The position numbers were made by a program, and so were the translations under genes. DNA of 64,000 bases from Octopus vulgaris (Eukaryota), in contig OX597835.1 in assembly GCA_951406725.2 (NCBI GenBank), positions 25,482,001 through 25,546,000 of the forward strand, written 5' to 3'. Of this stretch, positions 53,604 to 64,000 are shown in pieces. Each line of letters starts with the position of its first letter. The first letter of the stretch is position 1. The notes beneath the pieces are model-generated. The model was not told the DNA's origin and did not search any database. It saw only the letters and a program-made list of their open reading frames with translations.

Positions 53604-56600
53604 GTATGTGTGTGTATATGTTTGTGTGTCTGTGTTTGTCCCCCCAACATCGCTTGACAACCGATGCTGGTGTGTTTATGTCCCCGTAACTTAGCAGTTC
53701 GGCAAAAGAGACCGATAGAATAAGTACCAGGCTTACAAAGAATGAGCCCTGGGGTCGATTTGCTCGACTAAAGGCGGTGCTCCAGCATGGCCGCAGTCAA
53801 ATGACTGAAACAAATAAAAGAAAAAAAAATAGAAGAAAAAGAAATATGTGGTTGATAATATTGGAGTGGCGCTTCATCAGAGTAGTACCATAATGCTAGT
53901 CTGAAGAAGTACAATGGTGTTTGGAATGGAGTGGTCCAAAAACAACTGTGACAAATGGTAGAATTGTGCTGTATTTAGTCTTTGTATTCTTACTTCATCA
54001 TCATCATCATCGTCGTTTAGCATCCGGTTTCCATGCTAGCATGGGTTGGATGGTTCAACTGGGGTCTGGGAAGCCAGAAGGCTGCACCAGGCCCAGTCTG
54101 ATCTGGCAATGTCTCTATGGCTGGATGCCGTTTCTAACGCCAACCACTCCTTGAGTGTAGTGGGTGCTTTTTACGTGCCACCGGCACGGAGGTCAGGCGA
54201 GGCTGGCAACGGCCACGATTGGATGGTTCTCTTACATGCCACCAGCACTGGTATCACAGCTACAATTTCCATTGATATTGATCAATTTCGATTTTGATTT
54301 CTTACTTATATTATATATATGTGTAGAGTGGCAAGCTGGCAGAGTTGTTAGCGCGCTGAACAAAATGCTTACAGGCGTTTCATCTGGTTTTACATTCTGA
54401 GTTCAAATTCCGTTGAGGTTGGCTTTGCCCTTAATCCTTTTGGATTCGTTATAATAAATACCACTCAAGTACTAAGGTCGATTTAATCAACTTCCCGTTC
54501 CTCTCAGAAACTACTGGGCCTATGTCAAAATTGGAAACCATTAAGTGTGTGTGTGTGTGTGTGCATGTCTGTGTATCACAGGCTGTTATAGGAGCCACTC
54601 CTAGTTAAGTGACTCATAACATTTAATTACATTTAAGAAAATTTTATTCGTTATAGAAGGCCATAGGTTTCACTCCATACAAGATGTGCACATGAATGAC
54701 ATATTTAGTTTAATTGATAGAATTTTCTGTAAAAAAATGGGATAGGCTCTCTGAAAAATAAGTTTTGTAAATGTTCTTCTTTTACAAGTGGGCACAACTA
54801 TAATGTGTTATATACAACAGAATCAGGAATCTCTATTCTCCATTAGGTTTAGTAGGTCTCCAATTTCATATTGATGTATCTCTGCCATTGAAATTGAGTA
54901 GCCTTTGACCTCTATTAGGGTGTGGAAGCCAAGCCTCTAAGTATAACACTTAATATGGACTGTTGTTCAGCTTAATTGCTGTGGCCAGCAAAACCCTACT
55001 GTTTGAGCAACATTAGTAGAGATTGTGGGAATAATCATCGTCATCATCATCATTTAGCGTCTGTTGTCCATGCTATCATGTGGTTGCATGGTTTGACCAC
55101 AGCTGGCAAGCAGGAGGGCTGCACCAGACTCCAGTCTAATCTGGCATTGTTTCTATGGCAGGATGCCCTTACTAATGCCAACCCCTTTACAGAGTATGCT
55201 GGGTGCTTTTACATGGCACTGACACAGAACTCTTGCAGGCCAAGCCTCTTCACCAGCAGGAGTGACTTTAACACTTCTGCTGTGGAGGATGGGTCTTCTA
55301 GAGTACAGCAAGGATCCAGGCATATGGCTTTCTTGTGGTCATGCCCTGAAATGCTTTGAACTCTTATGAAAAATCTGGTGTGTAAACCATCAAGGTGATC
55401 TTGAAAATCCTTTTCCATATTCCAAATTTCAGTTCAACTGAGAAAAATGCTTTCTACAAGAGTCTTGAAGAAGGCAAGCTTTCTTGACTTTGAAATACTT
55501 GAGTGATTACCTAATGGTTTAACCCTTTTATAACATATTTCTGTTGAAATGTGAAGGCACATGGCTTAGGGGTTAAGGCATTCGGCTCATGATCGTAAGG
55601 TCATGAGTTCAATTCCTGGTGATGCAGTGTGTCCTTGAGCAAGATACTTTATTTCACATCGCTCCAGTCCACTCAGCTGGCAAAAATGAGTAGTACGTGT
55701 ATTTCAAGGGGCCAGCCTTATCACACACTGTGTCACACTGAATCTTCTTGAGAACTATATTAAGGGTACTATATTAAGGGTACACATTAGCGCGCCGGGC
55801 GAAATGCTTAGCGGTATTTCGTCTGCCGCTACGTTCTGAGTTCAAATTCTGCCAATGTCAACTTTGCCTTTCATCCTTTTGGGGTCAATTAAATAAGTAC
55901 CAATTACGCACTGGGGTCGATATAATCGACTTAATCCGTTTGTCTGTCCCCTCTATGTTTAGCTCCTTGTGGGCAATAAAGAAATATATATTAAGGGTAC
56001 ACATGTCTGTGCAGTGCTCAGCCACTTCCACATTAATTTCACAAGAGCCTGTTAGTTCTTTTCAAATACAGTCTTTGTTTTAAGGCAATCACAGTCTAAT
56101 CTGTACCCCAATCTGTTGGTATTCCAAGTTAGAGCATATTATCTTTGATAGTTTGGCAGAAAAATTGACCTAAAATAAGGGTGTGTTTACCTTGTCAGTC
56201 ATTTTGAATTTATAATTAGGTCATGAATAGATAATGTGGAAATTTGAATAACTGTTTTTTGATAGAACTAACATCATCCTTGACGTATACTATATTTGGT
56301 TTGCCTGGGTTTTATTCCCGCTGAGTGAAAACATCTTTAATTTAGGAGTGTTTTCCTACATCTGAGGGATTAGTCTTGCCTTAATTAATTTTGAAAATTA
56401 CAAAGAATTTAGTAAAGTAACTTTGTTGTTATTAAGCTGATGTTTGGGAAACAAACTAACTATTTGATGGAGGGTTTTGATATAGATCACTTGAAAACAC
56501 AAAATTTGTATCATGGAACTTTGTATCAGTCCCTCTGCATATCACCTTGGGCAAGTGTGTCTTCTACTATATATTTCTTTACTACCCACAAGGGGCTAAA

Positions 56601-58887
56601 CACAGAGGGGATAAACTAGGACAGACAAACGGATTAAGTCGATTACATCGACCCCAGTGCGTAACTGGTACTTAATTTATCGACCCCAAAAGGATGAAAG
56701 GCAAAGTTGACCTCGGCGGAATTTGAACTCAGAACGTAACGGCAGACGAAATACGGCTACGCATTTCGCCTGGCGTGCTAACGTTTCTGCCAGCTCGCCA
56801 CCTTATATGTGTCTTCTACTATAGCTTCGGGCCTGACCAAAGCCTTGTGAATGGATTTGGTAGACAGAAACTGATAGAGGCCCGTCGTATATATATATAT
56901 ATACCGTCCAACCCATGCTAGCGTGGAAAACGGACATTAAATGATGATGATGATATATATATGTATATATATATGTGTATATATATATATGTATACATGT
57001 GTATATATATGTATACATGTGTATATATATGTATACATGTGTATATATATATATATATGTGTATATATATATGTGTGTGTGTATATGTATATGTATATTT
57101 TATGTATGTGTGTCTTTGTTTGTCTCCTTGTCACCGCATGACTAGTGTTGGAGTGTTTACATCCCCGTAACTTAGCGGTTCGGCAAAAGAGACCGATAGA
57201 ATAAATACTAGGCTTACAAAGAATAAGTCCTGGGGTTGATTTCTTTGACTAAACAACCCTTAAAGGTCACTGTCAAATGACTGAAACAAGTAAAAGAATA
57301 TACATTGTGTTACTCTTCTAAATTTGGTGGCGATTTAAGCAATGTATCCATGGATGTTTAATGGGTTGGATGTAGTGTTGAAGAAGGAACATGAAGTCGT
57401 GAAATATGCATATACACCCATTGGCTTCTCTTTTTTTTTTAATCTTCGATCGCATTACTTACATAGACGTATTCGTATACGAAACGTCACAACTTTCAGT
57501 GCTATCGGTAGAGATAGCCTGAAAATGTTATTTAATCGCACTGCTAACACAGGTAGGACGCAGTAGTGTTGTGTAAGCCTTTAATATATTTGGAAGTGTA
57601 TTATGGTTGCATAACGAAATACGGTGTCCTTCCCAGCAATTAATAACATACCTACGCATTCTTTCTCGATATGTTCTGGCAGATTCGAACGTGAATATCC
57701 AATTGTTGTTCTTTCTTCATTGGAACACACGTCCTCCCTTTAGACGATGTATTCATAACACGCAATTCACTGCCACTTGACTTTTAGAAGGAGATATTTT
57801 CTTGTGACATAAAGCAACAGCGATCTGCTATCAACAACGTTCGAATCTACCAGAACAAATTGAGAATGAATAGATACATTATCGTTTGGACTCACGCTGT
57901 TCTGCTTGCACCACATGTATTATTAATGCTACATAAATTTATCCAATCGACTTCACGAATTAGTCGACAATGCTTGTATACAACAATTTACTTTCCCTCC
58001 GTGAAAGTACGAGTACTACCATTCCGTTTGGTGGCTAGCGACCCAGGAATAAATAATATTAATATTTATTTAGTCGACCTAGAATTAAATAATATTCATC
58101 TAGTCCAAAAACCAACTACAAAAATCTGCGCTTACAGAAACACAAATAATTCAATAACAAATAAAAACGGTTTTGATTACGTTATTGTTAACATTTAACA
58201 TTGTTTTGGACCATAATTTAGGGGTTTTTGTAACTGTAACCTATTTTCAAGCATTTTACTGATTCATCTCAGACACCCAAGATATCCATATTACTACTCG
58301 TTCCATTTTAATTGCGGCCACTCTTAGATTACTCTTTGATCTTCGCCGCTCTGCAGAATTAGCAGATCAACAGGCAAAATGCTTTGTGTTAATTTAGTCA
58401 CATTTCTTTACGTTTTGAGGTCGCCATTGCTTTTCGTCCATCACGGATTTTTTGTCAGTGAACAGGTCGCGGTCTTAAAGCGACGAAAATATTTTGACAA
58501 ATTAAACTTAAATGTTGAAGTGAATCGAACGGCTTTTGTGTGTTTCTTAAATGGCTTACAAACACCTTCCACGCTGCAATTGTTTTCGTTTCAGCACACG
58601 ATCTCAGATCAAATCACTTGCTATGCAAGTACATCTCCGTAAAACTCATAACTAATCTACAAATATACTACTATATCGCCACTCGCTGTCGAAGTATTCT
58701 GATCTCATGCTTCTATTAGGAATTACGCCTATCAATTTGTACTGTTTTATATACACGGCGTTGGGTATAAAAGATAAACCAACATATTAGATTTGTGTTG
58801 ATACAGTGACACCTTTCCCACGCTGATGGTTTTTTGTTTCGAGCTATGAAACTAACTGCTTGACGTTTGAGTATTGTTTGAGAAAAA

Positions 58888-58913
58888 ATGGCTGCCGTTG
58901 AAGATCAAGCAAG
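58888..58913 (+). CDS. Possible first coding exon of an unidentified gene (MAAVEDQA)
   Basis: aaaATGGctg Kozak/YY1-like context, AAG|gttaac donor, at the end of a repeat-poor CpG-richer region; no downstream exon identified. Confidence 0.3.
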
Positions 58914-61842
58914 GTTAACGAGATGACATATTAAAAAAAAAAAATGCAATAAGTTTCTCAACGCATTCACTCAATCTGCTAGAAATAATAACTATTATCT
59001 TACTCAAATCACATTCTGCTGCAATGGTTCTGATTCTTTTTGATTTCTCTTTGTGCTGGAAATTAAATAAAATCAAAGGAAAAATCCTTTACTGTGCTTC
59101 GTAAGACTAATTTAAAGTGAAAAAGAAAATTATGTAATAAAGTAAAATATTTCGATAAATTGAATGCCATAAAATAAAATGGGCAGTTGTTTGGTCTCAT
59201 TCGCAATGATTTCTAACTTTGGTACAAGGGGATTAAATGGGTGGTTGTGGTGGGGGAGGTGGTGCTTATAAGGTTTTAATACTTGTGAATTCACCTGAGA
59301 GGGCCCTGAATCCTATTTTAAATTGATCTAAATTTTACATTTGTCATCAAAATTTCATGCTAATTTTTGCTTCAGGCATCACCTTAATTAGTGCTAATGA
59401 TTCTGCTAGCTTTTCACTTTACACTACTTAATTACAAAGTTATTTACCAAATTCCTAAGACTAACTTATCAAATGTGCTCTCACTGGTGTTGTTATCATT
59501 TAACTCTAGGTCAGTACTGATCAAGTAATCCTTTGATCAAAGGCTTTCATGCTAGATGAAGCAGTCCTATCCTAGAATACCTAAGACTATGGAGACTTGT
59601 AGCTTAGTGGTTAGAGTGTTGGACTCCTGATTGTCAGATTGTGGTTTTGATTCCTGGACCTGGTGATGTGTTGTGTTCTTGAGCAAAACACTTCATTTTA
59701 CATTGCTGCAGTCCACTCAGCTGGCAAAAATGAGTAATTCCGTAATGGACTGGCGTCCCATCCAGGTAGGGAATTTCTAAGCCAAAGAAACTGGGAAACC
59801 AGCCCTTATGAGTCAGCATGACTTGAGAAGGTAACTTTTTAAACAGAATTCTTTGCTAGCTATTTAGGTGTGGAAGCCTCGAAAATATAAGATTTGATAT
59901 ATTGCATGCATGGTAGTGATGACCAGCACCCCACCTCCCATATGTTGGGCAACTATACTAGAGACGAGTGGAATATGTTCATGTATCTCTTTTTTGGTCT
60001 TCTGCTCATGTCATGAGATTTTTTGAGCCCTCATGAAAAGCCTGGTGTACATACTATCAAGGGCATCTTGAAGCTCCTTCTTCATAGCCTACATTTGGTG
60101 TGGGGTGTGGATGACTCAATTACACCGTGTAATATGATTTTAGTCCTTGGGTAGCCACTGTTATTTCTTTCACATGTTGGCTCCAACAAGGGTTTTGCAT
60201 TGTCCCCAAACCAAATCAAAAATATAATCAAATATTATGAGACTGGCAGCCATGCAAGTGGATTCAATGACTGGCATTCATGCTAGTGGAGTGCTAAGAG
60301 CACCATCCGAGTGTGATCGTTGCCAGAGTGGCTAACTGGCTTCCGTGCTGGTGGCACACAAAAAGCACCATTCGAGCGTTATTGTTACCAGCGTCGCCTT
60401 ACTGGCACTTGTGCTAGTGGCACATGAAAAAACATTCGAGTGAGGTCATTGCCAGTGCCACTGGACTAGCTCCCGTGCAGGTGGCACATAAAAAACACCA
60501 TTTGGGTGTAGCCATTGCCAGTACTGCCTAACTGGCCCTTGTGCCAGTGGCACGTAAAAGCACCCACTACACTCTTGGAATGGTTGGCGTTAGGAAGGGC
60601 ATCCAGCTGTAGAAACTCTGCCAGATCAGATTGGAGCCTGGTGCAGCCATCTGGTTTGCCAGTCCCCAGTCAAATCGTCCAACCCATGCCAGCATGGAAA
60701 GCAGACGTTAAACGATGATGATGATGATGAACCTCAATTTGTATTTTGTTTTGTTAGTCCCACTGCGTGGCACCTTGGGCAAGTTTCTTCTACTATAGCC
60801 TCGGGCCGACCAAAGCCTTGAGTGGATTTGATAGACGGAAACTGAAAGAAGCCCGTCGTATATATATATATGTATATATATATATATGCGTGTGTGTGTT
60901 TGTCCCCCTAGCATTGCTTGACAACCGATGCTGGTGTGTTTATGTCCCCGTTACTTAGCGGTTCGGCAAAAGAGACTGATAGAATAAGTACTGGGCTTAC
61001 AAAAGAATAAGTCCCGGGGTCGAGTTGTTTGATTAAAGGCGGTGCTCCAGCATGGCTGCAGTCAAATGACTGAAACAAGTAAAAGAGTATATATGACATA
61101 ATACATTTACTTAGTATTATGCATCTACTTTACCAAATGCAATGACATCTTGTACATCACTGAGGAGGTCTAATAAGGCTAAAACCTATCTAGTGCTGCC
61201 TTGTTTACTTCCAAGAATGATTAAAATTCTTCTGTTAGTCATCGACCTATTTTTATCTTTTCCTTCATCATGTAATTATTTCTAATTAAAATTGTCCTAC
61301 CTAAGCCAGCATGGCGCATACATGTTAAACGATGTTTGTGCTTAAGATAATAATTGTTGATGCTCACTACATCGACTCTGCTGAAAATAACTTAATTACC
61401 ATTTTCCATGTAGATGTTGTCTTTTTAGTAATTAATTTAACTAATTTGTTATTATTAACATATCATATAAACTTTTATTCATCAGATTACTAATTTTGTT
61501 TATTATCTTCCAAAGTATTCAGTTAATAAGTTTCTAGGGTAAAGGCCCCTTTCGGTCATGAATGACCATGGGATTGCACCCAGAAAGTTGCCCTCCGAGG
61601 CACAAGTCTGGGCAAGGTTGTTTTTATGGAAGACCAGCAGTCGCCCATGCATACCAGACTCTCCTCTCCACATCTCTGATGTTATCCAAGGGAAAGGCAA
61701 AGGCTTGGCACCAGTGATGTCACAACTCATTTCTACAGTTGAGTGAACTGGAGCAATGTGAAATAAAGTGTCTTGCTCAAGAGCACATCGCACACCCTGG
61801 TTCGGGAATCGAACTCACTACCTCATAATTGTTAACCCGATG

Positions 61843-61898
<56 letters not shown>

Positions 61899-62214
61899 TA
61901 CACACACACATGCACACACACACACACACACACGTGATAGGCTTCTTTCAGTTTCTATCTACCTAATCCACTCACAAGGCATTAGTTGACCTGGAGCTAC
62001 AGTAGAAGACATTTGACTAAGGTGCTGTGCAGTGGGATTGAGCCATATGTGTACACCTGCACCTGTCACACCCACACCTGTCACACCCACACCTGCTGCA
62101 TCTATCACAGTCACACCTGTCACTCTTACTAATTAATCATTACATTTGCAATATGGGTTTCTGAATTTAATAATGAATAAAATTAGTCATCCTCATAAAT
62201 TCTTACAAATGTGC

Positions 62215-63110
62215 TGGTAACATGCAAAAAGCACCTGTACCAGTGACATGCAAAAGGTACCCAAGCTAGTGACATCTAAAAGGTACCCAAACCATTGACA
62301 TGTAAAAGGCATTCGTGCTGGTGACATGCGAAAAGCACCCAAGCTGGTGATACATAAAAGGTACCTCAGCCATTGACATATAAAAGGCGCATGTGCTGGT
62401 GACATGTGAAAGGTACCCAAAACGGTGACATGTAAAAGGTACCCAAGTCAGTGACACATAAAAGGCACCTGAGTGTGTGACACATAAAAGGTACCTGTGC
62501 TGGTGATACGTAAAAGGTACCTGGGCCATTGACATATAAAAGGCACCTGTGCTGGTGACATGTGAAAGGTACCCAAGACAGTGACATGTAAAAGGTACCC
62601 AGGTCAGTGACATATAAAAGGCACCTGAGCGTGTGACACATAAAAGGTACCTGTGCTGGTGACAAGTAAAAGGTACCTGAGCCATTGACACGTAAAAGGC
62701 ACCTGTGCTGGTGACATGCGAAAGGTACACAGGCCAGTGACGTGTAAAAGGTACCCAGGTCAGTGACATATAAAAGGCACCTGAGCGTGTGACACATAAA
62801 AGGTACCTGTGCTGGTGACAAGTAAAAGGTACCTGAGCCATTGACACGTAAAAGGCACCTGTGCTGGTGACATGTGAAAGGTACCCAAGACAGTGACATG
62901 TAAAAGGTACCCAGGTCAGTGACATATAAAAGGCACCTGAGCGTGTGACACATAAAAGGTACCTGTGCTGGTGACAAGTAAAAGGTACCTGAGCCATTGA
63001 CACGTAAAAGGCACCTGTGCTGGTGACATGCGAAAGGTACACAGGCCAGTGACGTGTAAAAGGTACCTGTGCCAGTCAAACATGTAAAAGGCACTCGTGC
63101 CAGTGACACA
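62215..63110 (+). repeat. 26-bp minisatellite with 156-bp and 312-bp higher-order periodicity, inside a family B SINE
   Basis: Unit like acataaaaggtacctgtgctggtgac; gccattgac recurs every 156 bp (62525, 62681, 62837, 62993); the SINE body follows at 63125-63295. Confidence 0.9.
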
Positions 63111-63420
63111 TAGAGAACACTTGGTACACTCTATGGAGTGGTTGGCATTAGGAAGGGCATCCAGATGCAGAAACCAACTCAAAGCAGACTAGAGCCTGGT
63201 GCAGCCCTCCAGTTTACCAGTTCCAATCAAGCTGTCTAACCCATGCCAGTATGGAAAACAAATGCTAAATGATGATGATGATGATGATGATGATGTGTTA
63301 GACCTCATAGACAATACATCTGTTACAATCAGAAGGTCTCTGGAAACACAGTTAATTAATTAAAACCCCTTAAAATCTGTATACTCTTTCATATAGTAAG
63401 GAAGTTACGTTGCATTCAGA

Positions 63421-63748
63421 GTGGAGGCGCAATGGCCCAGTGGTTAGGGCAGCGGACTCGCGGTCGTAGAATCGCGGTTTCGATTCCCAGACTGGGCGTT
63501 GTGAGTGTTTATTGAGCGAAAACACCTTAAGCTCTACGAGGCTCTGGCAGGGATGGTGGTGATCCCTGCTGTACACTTTCACCACAACTTTCTCTCACTC
63601 TTTCTTCCTGTTTCTGTTGTACCTGTATTTCAAAGGGCCAGCCTTGTCACTCTCTGTGTCGCGCTGAATATCCCCGAGAACTGCGTTAAGGGCACACGTG
63701 TCTGTGGAGTGCTCAGCCACTTACACGTTCCGACGGAGTGCTTCTAAG
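63421..63748 (+). mobile_element. Young tRNA-derived SINE (family E) with target-site duplication
   Basis: 12-bp TSD gttgcattcaga at 63409-63420 and 63749-63760; intact A and B boxes. Confidence 0.88.
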
Positions 63749-64000
63749 GTTGCATTCAGAAAAATTTGTCTTGTGAAGCATGGACTGTTTCTGATGGCCT
63801 GAGTGTTTTCTGTAGGTCGTTTGCTACCTGAAGATTTTGTAGTGTGTACCACTACAGAATTAGTGTTATTGTAGTATGTCTCCATTGTTTTGGGCCCTTG
63901 ACAAACATCTGTAGTCGAAGCTTGATTGTTGATACTTGGCTGCCATATGTTTCCGATTATTCTCTGTAATCTGTGATAGAAAAGAAAAAAAAATAGCAAA

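Noticed and set aside
62215-63110. CRISPR-like array, and the 247-258 aa ORFs on the minus strand
   Set aside because: The variable parts are short and themselves periodic rather than unique spacers, there are no cas genes and the context is eukaryotic. The ORFs are 52-aa repeats produced by the 156-bp period.
63721-63999. 92-aa minus-strand ORF at the right edge
   Set aside because: No recognisable motif; it reads into a SINE and is truncated by the window.

Overview
AT-rich, repeat-dominated eukaryotic DNA. The SINE families, (TA)n/(CA)n/(GAT)n microsatellites and mariner/Tc1 relics strongly suggest an Octopus (coleoid cephalopod) genome; this is an inference from repeat content. The only well-supported host gene is the 5' part of DDX41/abstrakt (DEAD-box helicase) on the minus strand: 9 coding exons from ATG at 16178 down to 469, 410 codons, running off the left edge. 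The rest is introns and intergenic DNA filled with tRNA-derived SINEs, mariner/Tc1/maT fragments, piggyBac-, hAT- and Mutator-type MITEs and LINE fragments. A possible first exon of a second gene lies at 58888. The most notable signal is a recurrent architecture: near-perfect fold-back (inverted) elements with a one-sided tail, inserted into (TA)n. Several of them carry type I hammerhead ribozyme motifs with palindromic stem III, and one such hammerhead lies just downstream of a Penelope-like GIY-YIG C-terminal fragment. This points to several families of hammerhead-bearing Penelope-like retroelement ends. Also notable are a (TCTA)n-targeting Tx1-like LINE, two Mutator-like MITEs bracketing the DDX41 first exon, and a 26/156/312-bp higher-order satellite growing inside a SINE.
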